63,887 bases of DNA. Source: Utricularia gibba (taxonomy: Eukaryota > Plantae > Magnoliophyta). This document shows positions 1 to 13,300 of the stretch, piece by piece; the stretch's first letter is position 1; the number at the start of each line of letters is the position of its first letter. The translations under genes were made by a program, and so were the position numbers. The stretch lies in assembly GCA_002189035.1 (NCBI GenBank), contig NEEC01000154.1, forward strand, positions 1 to 63,887. Reading direction: 5' to 3'. The notes beneath the pieces were generated by a model that ran no database searches, had not been told where the DNA came from, and saw only the letters and a program-made list of their open reading frames with translations.

Positions 1-3000
1 AAAATACGGAATGGTGCACGAGGCCTGCATCAGGTGTGGGTTGGAACACACCGTGGCATTGTAAGGGATCGCCTCAAAAACGAAAATTTCACACCTTCCA
101 ATGAAATGCATATTTTTGAAGCGAGAAAATCCATTCGCGTCGAATCGGAAGTCCGAGGTCGCATCATCGCGAACGTCGTGGCCACTTTGTGGCACAATTG
201 AAGGGTAATATAAGGCAATAATTCGAGCTCTGATACATGTCGACGACAAAGCTTGCAAAACGGAAGATGACCGCCTCGAATGAGCTTCGAAACGGTGTGT
301 GTGTCGTGCGCAACGTGGCTCATCACGGTTTTCAAGATATCGACAAAATACGGAATGGTGCACGAGGCCTGCATCAGGTGTGGGTTGGAACACACCGTGG
401 CATTAAGGATCGCCTCTAAAACAAAAATTTCACACCTTCCAATGAAATCCATATGTTTGCAAGCGAGAAATCCCATTCGCGTCGAATCGGAAGTCCGAGT
501 CGCATCATCGCGAACGTCGTGGCCACTTGTGGCACAATTGAAGGGTAATATAAGGCAATAATTCGAGCTCTGATACATCGTCGGACGACGAAGCTTCCAA
601 AACGGAAGATGACCGCCTCGGAATGAGCTTCGAAACGGTGTGTCGTGCAACGTGGCTCATCACGGTTTTCAAGATATCGACAAAATACGGAATGGTGCAC
701 GAGGCCTGCATCAGGTGTGGGTTGGAACACACCGTGGCATTGTAAGGGATCGCCTCTAAAACGAAAAATTTCACACCTTCCAATGAAATCCATATGTTTG
801 AAAGCGAGAAATCCCATTCGCGTCGAATCGGAAGTCCGAGGTCGCATCATCGCGAACGTCGTGGCCACTTTTTGGCACAATTGAAGGGTAATATAAGGCA
901 ATAATTCGAGCTCTGATATATTGTGTCGACGAAGAAGCTTCCAAAACGGAAGATGACCGCCCTGGAATGAGCTTCGAAACGGTGTGTCGTGCAACGTGGC
1001 TCATCACGGTTTTCAAGATATCGATAAAATACGGAATGGTGCACGAGGCCTCATCAGGTGTGGGTTGGAACACAACCGTGCATTGTAAGGGATCGCCTCA
1101 AAAACAAAAATTTCACACCTTCCAATGAAATGCATATGTTTTGCAAGCGAGAAATCACATTGCGTCGAATTGGAAGCCCGAGTCGCATCATCGCGTACGT
1201 CGTGGCCACTTTGTGGCACAATTGAAGGCTAATATAAGGCAATAATTCGATCTCTGATACATCGTCGGACGACGAAGCTTCAAAAACGGAAGATGACCGC
1301 TCTGGAATGAGCTTCGAAACGGGTCGCGGTGGCCTGGCTCATCACGGAGACAAAATACGGAATGGTGCACGAGGCCTCATCAGGTGTGGGTTGGAACACA
1401 ACCGTGGCATTGTAAGGGATCGCCTCAAAACAAAAATTTCATACCTTCCAATGAAATCCATATGTTTGAAGCGAGAAATCCCATTCGCGTCGAATCGGAA
1501 GTCCGAGGTCGCATCATCGCGAACGTCGTGGCCACTTTGTGGCACAATTGAAGGGTAATATAAGGCAATAATTCGAGCTCTGATATTGTCGGACGACGAA
1601 GCTTCAAAAACGGAAGATGACCGCCCTGGAATGAGCTTCGAAACGGTGTGTCGTGCGCAACGTGGCTCATCACGGTTTCAAGATATCGACAAAATACGGA
1701 ATGGTGCACGAGGCCTTCATCAGGTGTGGGTTGGAACACAACCGTGGCATTGTAAGGGATCGCCTCTAAAACGAAAATTTCACACCTTCCAATGAAATGC
1801 ATGTGTTTTGCAAGCGAGAAATCACATTTGCGTCGAATTGGAAGCCCCGAGTCGCATCATCGCGAACGTCGTGGCCACTTTGTGGCACAATTGAAGGGTA
1901 ATATAAGGCAATAATTCGAGCTCTGATATATCGTCGGACGACGAAGCTTCAAAAACGGAAGATGACCGCCCGGAATGAGCTTCGAAACGGTGGTGTGTCG
2001 TGCAACGTGGCTCATCACGGTTTCAAGATATCGACAAAATACGGAATGGTGCACGAGGCCTGCATCAGGTGTGGGTTGGAACACAACCGTGGCATTGTAA
2101 GGGATCGCCTCAAAACAAAAATTTCACACCTTCCAATGAAATGCATATGTTTTGAAAGCGAGAAATCCATTCGCGTCGAATCGGAAGTCCGAGGTCGCAT
2201 CATCGCGAACGTCGTGGCCACTTTGTGGCACAATTGAAGGGTAATATAAGGCAATAATTCGAGCTCTGATACATCGTCGGACGACGAAGCTTCAAAAACG
2301 GAAGATGACCGCTCTGGAATGAGCTTCGAAACGGTGTGTCGTGTGCAACAAGGCTCATCACGGTTTTCAAGATATCGACAAAATACGGAATGGTGCACGA
2401 GGCCTTCATCAGGTGTGGGTTGGAACACAACCGTGGCATTGTAAGGGATCGCTCTTAAACAAAAATTTCATACCTTCCAATGAAATCCATATGTCTTGAA
2501 GCGAGAAATCCCATTCGCGTCGAATCGGAAGTCCGAGGTCGCATCATCGCGAACGTCGTGGCCACTTTGTGGCACAATTGAAGGCTAATATAAGCAATAA
2601 TTCGAGCTCTGATATATTGTCGAACGACAAAGCTTGCGAAACGGAAGATGACCGCCTCGGAATGAGCTTCGAAACGGTGTGTCGTGCGAAACGTGGCTCA
2701 TCACGGTTTTCAAGATATCGAAAAATACGGAATGGTGCACGAGGCCTGCATCAGGTGTGGGTTGGAACACACCGTGGCATTGTAAGGGATCGCCTCTAAA
2801 ACAAAAATTTCACACCTTCCAATGAAATGCATATGTTTTGCAAGCGAGAAATCACATTTGCGTCGAATCGGAAGCCCCGAGTCGCATCATCGCGAACGTC
2901 GTGGCCACTTTGTGGCACAATTGAAGGCTAATATAAGGCAATAATTCGAGCTCTGATACATCGTCGGACGACGAAGCTTCAAAAACGGAAGATGACCGCC

Positions 3001-6000
3001 TGGAATGAGCTTCGAAACGGTGTGTCGTGCGCAACGGCTCATCACGGTTTTCAAGATATCGACAAAATACGGAATGGTGCACGAGGCCTCATCAGGTGGG
3101 TTGGAACACAACCGTGGCATTGTAAGGGATCGCCTCAAAAACAAAAATTTCACACCTTCCAATGAAATCCATATGTTTGAAAGCGAGAAATCCATTCGCG
3201 TCGAATCGGAAGTCCCGGTCGCATCATCGCGAACGTCGTGGCCACTTTGTGGCAATTGAAGGGTAATATAAGGCAATAATTCGAGCTCTGATACATCGTC
3301 GGACGACGAAGCTTCCAAAACGGAAGATGACCGCCTGAATGAGCTTCGAAACGGTGTGTGTGTGTGCAACGTGGCTCATCACGGTTTTCAAGATATCGAA
3401 AATACGAATGGTGCACGAGGCCTTCATCAGGTGTGGGTTGGAACACAACCGTGGCATTGTAAGGGATCGCCTAAAACGAAAATTTCACACCTTCCAATGA
3501 AATCCATATGTTTTGAAAGCGAGAAATCCATTCGCGTCGAATCGGAAGTCCCGAGTCGCATCATCGCGAACGTCGTGGCCACTTTGTGGCACAATTGAAG
3601 GCTAATATAAGGCAATAATTCGAGCTCTGATACATCGTCGACGACGAAGCTTCAAAACGGAAGATGACCGCCTCGGAATGAGCTTCGAAACGGTGTGTCG
3701 TGCGAACGTGGCTCATCACGGTTTCAAGATATCGATAAAATACGGAATGGTGCACGAGGCCTGCATCAGGTGTGGGTTGGAACACACCGTTGCATTGTAA
3801 GGGATCGCCTCAAAAACGAAAATTTCACACCTTCCAATGAAATGCATATGTTTTGAAAGCGAGAAATCCATTCGCGTCGAATCGGAAGTCCGAGTCGCAT
3901 CATCGCGAACGTCGTGGCCACTTTGTGGCACAATTGAAGGCTAATATAAGGCAATAATTCGAGCTCTGATACATCGTCGACGACAAAGCTTCAAAACGGA
4001 AGATGACCGCCTCGAATGAGCTTCGAAACGTGTGGTGTGCGCAACGCGGCTCATCACGGTTTTAAGATATCGACAAAATACGGAATGGTGCACGAGGCCT
4101 TCATCAGGTGTGGGTTGGAACACAACCGTGGCATTGTAAGGATCGCCTCAAAAACGAAAATTTCACACCTTCCAATGAAATGCATATGTTTAAGCGAGAA
4201 ATCCATTGCGTCGAATCGGAAGCCCCGAGTCGCATCATCGCGAACGTCGTGGCCACTTTGTGGCACAATTGAAGGCTAATATAAGGCAATAATTCGAGCT
4301 CTGATACATCGTCGGACGACGAAGCTTCAAAAACGGAAGATGACCGCTCTGGAATGAGCTTCGAAACGGTGTGTCGTGTGCAACAAGGCTCATCACGGTT
4401 TTCAAGATATTTACAAAAATACGGAATGGTGCACGAGGCCTGCATCAGGTGTGGGTTGGAACACAACCGTGGCATTGTAAGGGTTCGCCTCAAAACAAAA
4501 ATTTCATACCTTCCAATGAAATCCATATGTCTTGAAGCGAGAAAACCCATTCGCGTCGAATCGGAAGTCCGAGGTCGCATCATCGCGAACGTCGTGGCCA
4601 CTTTGTGGCACAATTGAAGGCTAATATAAGGCAATAATTCGAGCTCTGATATATTGTCGAACGACAAAGCTTCAAAACGGAAGATGACCGCCTCGGAATG
4701 AGCTTCGAAACGGTGTGTCGTGCGAAACGTGGCTCATCACGGTTTTCAAGATATCGATAAAATACGGAATGGTGCACGAGGCCTGCATCAGGTGTGGGTT
4801 GGAACACACCGTTGCATTGTAAGGGATCGCCTCTAAAACAAAAATTTCACACCTTCCAATGAAATGCATATGTTTTGCAAGCGAGAAATCACATTTGCGT
4901 CGAATCGGACCCCGAGTCGCATCATCGCGAACGTCGTGGCCACTTTGTGGCACAATTGAAGGCTAATATAAGGCAATAATTCGAGCTCTGATACATCGTC
5001 GGACGACGAAGCTTCAAAAACGGAAGATGACCGCTCTGGAATGAGCTTCGAAACGGTGTGTCGTGTGCAACAAGGCTCATCACGGTTTTCAAGATATTTA
5101 CAAAATACGGAATGGTGCACGAGGCCTCATCAGGTGTGGGTTGGAACACAACCGTGGCATTGTAAGGGATCGCCTCTTAAAAAAAAATTTCACACCTTCC
5201 AATGAAATCCATATGTTTTGAAGCGAGAAATCCATTCGCGTCGAATCGGAAGTCCGAGGTCGCATCATCGCGAACGTCGTGGCCACTTTGTGGCACAATT
5301 GAAGGGTAATATAAGGCAATAATTCGAGCTCTGATACATCGTCGGACGACGAAGCTTCAAAAACGGAAGATGACCGCCTCGGAATGAGCTTCGAAACGGT
5401 GTGTCGTGCAACGTGGCTCATCACGGTTTCAAGATATCGAGAAAATACGGAATGGTGCACGAGGCCTTCATCAGGTGTGGGTTGGAACACAACCGTGGCA
5501 TTGTAAGGGATCGCCTCTAAAACGAAAATTTCACACCTTCCAATGAAATGCATATGTTTTGCAAGCGAGAAATCACATTGCGTCGAATTGGAAGCCCCGA
5601 GTCGCATCATCGCGAACGTCGTGGCCACTTTGTGGCACAATTGAAGGCTAATATAAGGCAATAATTCCAGCTCTGATACATCGTCGGACGACGAAGCTTC
5701 AAAAACGGAAGATGACCGCTCTGGAATGAGCTTCGAAACGGTGTGTCATGTGCAACGGCTCATCACGGTTTTCAAGATATTTACAAAATACGGAATGGTG
5801 CACGAGGCCTGCATCAGGTGTGGGTTGGAACACAACCGTGGCATTGTAAGGGTTCGCCTCTTAAACAAAAATTTCATACCCTTCCAATGAAATCCATATG
5901 TCTTGAAGCGAGAAAACCCATTCGCGTCGAATCGGAAGTCCGAGGTCGCATCATCGCGAACGTCGTGGCCACTTTGTGGCACAATTGAAGGCTAATATAA

Positions 6001-8987
6001 AGGCAATAATTCGAGCTCTGATATATTGTCGAACGACAAAGCTTGCGAAACGGAAGATGACCGCCTCGAATGAGCTTCGAAAATTGTGTGTCGTGCGAAA
6101 CGTGGCTCATCACGGTTTTCAAGATATCGATAAAATACGGAATGGTGCACGAGGCCTGCATCAGGTGTGGGTTGGAACACACCGTGGCATTGTAAGGGAT
6201 CGCCTCTAAAACGAAAATTTCACACCTTCCAATGAAATGCATATGTTTGCAAGCGAGAAATCACATTTGCGTCGAATCGGAAGCCCGAGTCGCATCATCG
6301 CGAACGTCGTGGCCACTTTGTGGCACAATTGAAGGCTAATATAAGGCAATAATTCGAGCTCTGATACATCGTCGGACGACGAAGCTTCAAAACGGAAGAT
6401 GACCGCTCTGGAATGAGCTTCGAAACGTGGCCGTGGCAACTCATCACGGTTTTCAAGATATTTACAAAATACGGAATGGTGCACGAGGCCTGCATCAGGT
6501 GTGGTTGGAACACAACCGTGCATTGTAAGGATCGCCTCTTAAACAAAAATTTCACACCTTCCAATGAAATCCATATTTTGAAGCGAGAAAACCCATTCGC
6601 GTCGAATCGGAAGTCCGAGGTCGCATCATCGCGAACGTCGTGGCCACTTTGTGGCACAATTGAAGGGTAATATAAGGCAATAATTCGAGCTCTGATATAT
6701 TGTCGGACGACGAAGCTTCAAAAACGGAAGATGACCGCCCTGGAATGAGCTTCGAAACGGTGTGTCGTGCGCAACGTGGCTCATCACGGTTTCAAGATAT
6801 CGAAAATACGGAATGGTGCACGAGGCCTTCATCAGGTGTGGGTTGGAACACAACCGTGGCATTGTAAGGGATCGCCTCTAAAACGAAAATTTCACACCTT
6901 CCAATGAAATCCATATGTTTTGAAAGCGAGAAATCCCATTCGCGTCGAATCGGAAGTCCCGAGTCGCATCATCGCGAACGTCGTGGCCACTTTTGGCACA
7001 ATTGAAGGCTAATATAAGGCAATAATTCGAGCTCTGATACATCGTCGACGACGAAGCTTCAAAACGGAAGATGACCGCCTCGGAATGAGCTTCGAAACGG
7101 TGTGTCGTGCGCAACGCGGCTCATCACGTTTTTCAGATATCGACAAAATACGGAATGGTGCACGAGGCCTTCATCAGGTGTGGGTTGGAACACACCCGTG
7201 GCATTGTAAGGGATCGCCTCTAAAACGAAAATTTCACACCTTCCAATGAAATCCATATGTTTGAAAGCGAGAAATCCCATTCGCGTCGAATCGGAAGTCC
7301 GTCGCATCATCATCGAACGTCGTGGCCACTTTGTGGCACAATTGAAGGGTAATATAAGGCAATAATTCGAGCTCTGATATATTGTCGGACGACGAAGCTT
7401 CAAAACGGAAAGATGACCGCCCTGGAATGAGCTTCGAAAAAATGCGCAACGTGGCTCATCACGGTTTCAAGATATCGAAAAATACGGAATGGTGCACGAG
7501 GCCTTCATCAGGTGTGGGTTGGAACACAACCGTGGCATTGTAAGGGTTCGCCTCTAAAACAAAAATTTCACACCTTCCAATGAAATCCATATGTTTGAAG
7601 CGAGAAAACCCATTCGCGTCGAATCGGAAGTCCGAGGTCGCATCATCGCGAACGTCGTGGCCACTTTTTGGCACAATTGAAGGGTAATATAAGGCAATAA
7701 TTCGAGCTCTGATATATTGTCGGACGACGAAGCTTCCAAAACGGAAGATGACCGCCTAGAATGAGCTTCGAAACGGTGTGTCGTGCGCAACGTGGCTCAT
7801 CACGGTTTCAAAGATATCGATAAAATACGGAATGGTGCACGAGGCCTGCATCAGGTGTGGGTTGGAACACAACCGGCATTGTAAGGGATCGCCTCAAAAA
7901 CAAAAATTTCACACCTTCCAATGAAATGCATATCTTTTGCAAGCGAGAAATCACATTTGCGTCGAATTGGAAGCCCCGAGTCGCATCATCGCGTACGTCG
8001 TGGCCACTTTGTGGCACAATTGAAGGCTAATATAAGGCAATAATTCGATCTCTGATACATCGTCGGACGACGAAGCTTCAAAAACGGAAGATGACCGCTC
8101 TGGAATGAGCTTCGAAACGGTGTGTCGTGTGCAACAAGGCTCATCACGGTTTTCAAGATATTTACAAAATACGGAATGGTGCACGAGGCCTTCATCAGGT
8201 GTGGGTTGGAACACAACCGTGGCATTGTAAGGGTTCGCCTCTAAAACAAAAATTTCACACCTTCCAATGAAATCCATATGTCTTGAATGCGAGAAAACCC
8301 ATTCGCGTCGAATCGGAAGTCCGAGGTCGCATCATCGCGAACGTCGTGGCCACTTTGTGGCACAATTGAAGGGTAATATAAGGCAATAATTCGAGCTCTG
8401 ATATATTGTCGGACGACGAAGCTTCCAAAACGGAAGATGACCGCCCTGGAATGAGCTTCGAAACAGTGTGTCGTGTGCAACGTGGCTCATCACGGTTTCA
8501 AGATATCGATAAAATACGGAATGGTGCACGAGGCCTGCATCAGGTGTGGGTGGAACACAACCGTGCCATTGTAAGGGATCGCCTCAAAAACAAAAATTTC
8601 ACACCTTCCAATGAAATGCATATCTTTTGCAAGCGAGAAATCACATTTGCGTCGAATTGGAAGCCCGAGTCGCATCATCGCGAACGTCGTGGCCACTTTG
8701 TGGCACAATTGAAGGCTAATATAAGGCAATAATTCGATCTCTGATACATCGTCGGACGACGAAGCTTCAAAACGGAAGATGACCGCTCTGGAATGAGCTT
8801 CGAAACGGTGTGTCGTGTGCAACAAGGCTCATCACGGTTTTCAAGATATTTACAAAATACGGAATGGTGCACGAGGCCTGCATCAGGTGTGGGTTGGAAC
8901 ACACCGTGGCATTGTAAGGGTCGCCTCTAAAACAAAAATTTCATACCTTCCAATGAAATGCATATGTTTGAAAGCGAGAAATCAATT

Positions 8988-9057
8988 CGCGTCGAATCAA
9001 GTCCGAGTCGCATCATCGCGAAACATGGCACAACCTCTCCGGGAAGCTTTGTGATGT
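8988..9057 (+). other. Truncated 70-bp unit with ~35 bp of non-consensus sequence
   Basis: CGCGTCGAATC starts at 8988 and again at 9058. The intervening 9023-9057 (ACATGGCACAACCTCTCCGGGAAGCTTTGTGATGT) is not consensus. Confidence 0.8.
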
Positions 9058-9743
9058 CGCGTCGAATCGGAAGTCCCGAGTCGCATCATCCCGAACGTCG
9101 TGGCCACTTTGTGGCACAATTGAAGGCTAATATAAGGCAATAATTCGAGCTCTGATACATCGTCGACGACAAAGCTTGCAAAACGGAAGATGACCGCCTC
9201 GGAATGAGCTTCGAAACGGTGTGTGTGCGCAACGCGGCTCATCACGGTTTTCAAGATATCGACAAAATACGGAATGGTGCACGAGGCCTTCATCAGGTGT
9301 GGGTTGGAACACACCCATGGCATTGTAAGGATCGCCACTAAAACGAAAATTTCACACCTTCCAATGAAATCCATATGTCTTGAAAGCGAGAAATCCCATT
9401 CGCGTCGAATCGGAAGTCCGGTCGCATCATCGCGAACGTCGTGGCCACTTTGTGGCACAATTGAAGGGTAATATAAGGCAATAATTCGAGCTCTGATATA
9501 TTGTCGGACGACGAAGCTTCCAAAACGGAAGATGACCGCCCTAGAATGAGCTTCGAAACGGTGTGTCGTGCGAAACGTGGCTCATCACGGTTTTCAAGAT
9601 ATCGACAAAATACGGAATGGTGCACGAGGCCTTCATCAGGGTGGGTTGGAACACAACCGTGGCATTGTAAGGGATCGCCTCTAAAACGAAAATTTCACAC
9701 CTTCCAATGAAATGCATATGTTTTGAAAGCGAGAAATCCAATT

Positions 9744-9857
9744 CGCGTCGAATCGGAAGTCCGAGTCGCATCATCGCGAACGTCGTGGCCACTTTTTGGC
9801 ACAATTGAAGGTAATATAAGGCAATAATTCCAGCTCTGATATAACGCTTTCCCGAGT
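9744..9857 (+). other. Truncated 114-bp unit
   Basis: CGCGTCGAATCGG starts at 9744 and again at 9858. The junction 9841-9857 reads ATAACGCTTTCCCGAGT. Confidence 0.8.
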
Positions 9858-9997
9858 CGCGTCGAATCGGAAGTCGAGTCGCATCACGAACGTCGTGGCC
9901 ACTTTGTGGCACAATTGAAGGCTAATATAAGGCAATAATTCGAGCTCTGATACATCGTCGAACGACAAAGCTTCAAAACGGAAGATGACCGCCTCGG

Positions 9998-10341
9998 AAT
10001 GAGCTTCGAAACGGTGTGTCATGCGCAACGCGGCTCATCACGGTTTTCAAGATATCGACAAAATACGGAATGGTGCACGAGGCCTTCATCAGGTGTGGGT
10101 TGGAACACACCCGTGGCATTGTAAGGATCGCCTCTAAAACGAAAATTTCACACCTTCCAATGAAATCCATATGTCTTGAAGCGAGAAAACCCATTCGCGT
10201 CGAATCGGAAGTCCGAGGTCGCATCATCGCGAACGTCGTGGCCACTTTGTGGCACAATTGAAGGGTAATATAAGGCAATAATTCGAGCTCTGATATATTG
10301 TCGGACGACGAAGCTTCAAAAACGGAAGATGACCGCCCTGG
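9998..10341 (+). repeat. Representative subtype D monomer
   Basis: Private allele GCAACGCGG, with GATATCGAC, GGCCTTCATC and usually ACACCCG/ACACCCA. Seen at about 4041, 7111, 9229, 10025, 10704 and 14119 only. Confidence 0.75.
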
Positions 10342-13300
10342 AATGAGCTTCGAAACGGTGTGTCGTGCGCAACGTGGCTCATCACGGTTTCAAGATATCG
10401 AGAAAATACGGAATGGTGCACGAGGCCTTCATCAGGTGTGGGTTGGAACACAACCGTGGCATTGTAAGGGATCGCCTCTAAAACGAAAATTTCACACCTT
10501 CCAATGAAATCCATATGTTTTGAAGCGAGAAATCCCATTCGCGTCGAATCGGAAGTCCCGAGTCGCATCATCGCGAACGTCGTGGCCACTTTTGGCACAA
10601 TTGAAGGCTAATATAAGGCAATAATTCGAGCTCTGATACATCGTCGACGACAAAGCTTCAAAACGGAAGATGACCGCCTCGGAATGCTTGAAACGTGTGT
10701 GGCGCAACGCGGCTCATCACGTTTTAAGATATCGAAAATACGGAATGGTGCACGAGGCCTTCATCAGGTGTGGGTTGGAACACACCCATGGCATTGTAAG
10801 GGATCGCCCTAAAACAAAAATTTCACACCTTCCAATGAAATCCATATTTTGAAAGCGAGAAATCCCATTCGCGTCGAATCGGAAGTCCGTCGCATCATCG
10901 CGAACGTCGTGGCCACTTTGTGGCACAATTGAAGGGTAATATAAGGCAATAATTCGAGCTCTGATATATGTCGGACGACGAAGCTTCAAAACGGAAGATG
11001 ACCGCCCTGGAATGAGCTTCGAAACGGTGTGTCGTGCGCAACGTGGCTCATCACGGTTTCAAGATATCGAGAAAATACGGAATGGTGCACGAGGCCTTCA
11101 TCAGGTGTGGGTTGGAACACAACCGTGGCATTGTAAGGTTCGCCTCAAAACAAAAATTTCATACCTTCCAATGAAATCCATATGTCTTGAATGCGAGAAA
11201 AACCCATTCGCGTCGAATCGGAAGTCCGAGGTCGCATCATCGCGAACGTCGTGGCCACTTTTTGGCACAATTGAAGGGTAATATAAGGCAATAATTCCAG
11301 CTCTGATATATTGTCGGACAATGAAGCTTCCAAAACGGAAGATGACCGCCCTAGAAAGAGCTTCGAAATAGTGTGTCGTACGCTACGTGGCTCATCACGG
11401 TTTCAAGATATCGATAAAATACGGAATGGTGCACGAGGCCTGCATCAGGTGTGGGTTGGAACACAACCGTGCATTGTAAGGGATCGCCTCAAAAACAAAA
11501 ATTTCACACCTTCCAATGAAATGCATATCTTTTGCAAGCGAGAAATCACATTTGCGTCGAATTGGAAGCCCCGAGTCGCATCATCGCGTACGTCGTGGCC
11601 ACTTTGTGGCACAATTGAAGGCTAATATAAGGCAATAATTCGATCTCTGATACATCGTCGGACGACGAAGCTTCAAAAACGGAAGATGACCGCCTGGAAT
11701 GAGCTTCGAAACGGTGTGTGTGCAACAAGGCTCATCACGGTTTTCAAGATATTTACAAAATACGGAATGGTGCACGAGGCCTTCATCAGGTGTGGGTTGG
11801 AACACAACCGTGGCATTGTAAGGGTTCGCCTCTAAAACAAAAATTTCATACCTTCCAATGAAATCCATATGTTTGAAGCGAGAAAACCCATTCGCGTCGA
11901 ATCGGAAGTCCGAGGTCGCATCATCGCGAACGTCGTGGCCACTTTTTGGCACAATTGAAGGGTAATATAAGGCAATAATTCGAGCTCTGATATATGTCGG
12001 ACGACGAAGCTTCCAAAACGGAAGATGACCGCCTGGAATGAGCTTCGAAACGTGTGTCGTGTGCAACGTGGCTCATCACGGTTTCAAGATATCGATAAAA
12101 TACGGAATGGTGCACGAGGCCTGCATCAGGTGTGGGTTGGAACACAACCGTGCATTGTAAGGGATCGCCTCAAAAACAAAAATTTCACACCTTCCAATGA
12201 AATGCATATTTTTGCAAGCGAGAAATCACATTTGCGTCGAATTGGAAGCCCCGAGTCGCATCATCGCGAACGTCGTGGCCACTTTGTGGCACAATTGAAG
12301 GCTAATATAAGGCAATAATTCGATCTCTGATACATCGTCGGACGACGAAGCTTCAAAAACGGAAGATGACCGCTCTGGAATGAGCTTCGAAACGGGTGTG
12401 TCGTGTGCAACAAGGCTCATCACGGTTTTCAAGATATTACAAAATACGGAATGGTGCACGAGGCCTTCATCAGGTGTGGGTTGGAACACACTCGTGGCAT
12501 TGTAAGGGTTCGCCTCTAAAACAAAAATTTCATACCTTCCAATGAAATCCATATGTCTTGAATGCGAAAACCCATTCGCGTCGAATCGGAAGTCCGAGTC
12601 GCATCATCGCGAACGTCGTGGCCACTTTGTGGCACAATTGAAGGCAAATATAAGGCAATAATTCGAGCTCTATACATCGTCGGACGACGAAGCTTCCAAA
12701 ACGGAAGATGACCGCCTGGAATGAGCTTCGAAACGGGTGTGTCGTGTGCAACGGCTCATCACGGTTTTCAAGATATATCAAAATACGGAATGGTGCACGA
12801 GGCCTTCATCAGGTGTGGGTTGGAACACACCCGTGCATTGTAAGGGATCGCCTCAAAAACAAAAATTTCATACCTTCCAATGAAATGCATATTTTTTGAA
12901 GCGAGAAATCACATTTGCGTCGAATGGAAGCCCCGAGTCGCATCATCGCGAACGTCGTGGCCACTTTGTGGCACAATTGAAGGGTAATATAAGGCAATAA
13001 TTCCAGCTCTGATATATTGTCGGACGACGAAGCTTCAAAAACGGAAGATGACCGCCCTGGAATGAGCTTCGAAACGGTGTGTCGTGCGCAACGTGGCTCA
13101 TCACGGTTTCAAGATATCGAGAAAATACGGAATGGTGCACGAGGCCTCATCAGGTGTGGGTGGAACACACTCGTGGCATTGTAAGGGTTCGCCTCTAAAA
13201 CAAAAATTTCATACCTTCCAATGAAATCCATATGTCTTGAATGCGAGAAATCCATTCGCGTCGAATCGGAAGTCCGAGGTCGCATCATCGCGAACGTCGT

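Larger units (their letters stand above)
9058..11353 (+). repeat. Local D-C dimer sub-array
   Basis: Order is D(9202) C(9544) [short unit] D(9998) C(10342) D(10682) C(11010). A C-D-C run also occurs at 6743-7758. Confidence 0.7.

Noticed and set aside
9023-9057. Possible transposon footprint or foreign insertion
   Set aside because: No target-site duplication or terminal repeats, and the segment resembles compressed monomer sequence. Treated as a rearrangement junction or artefact.
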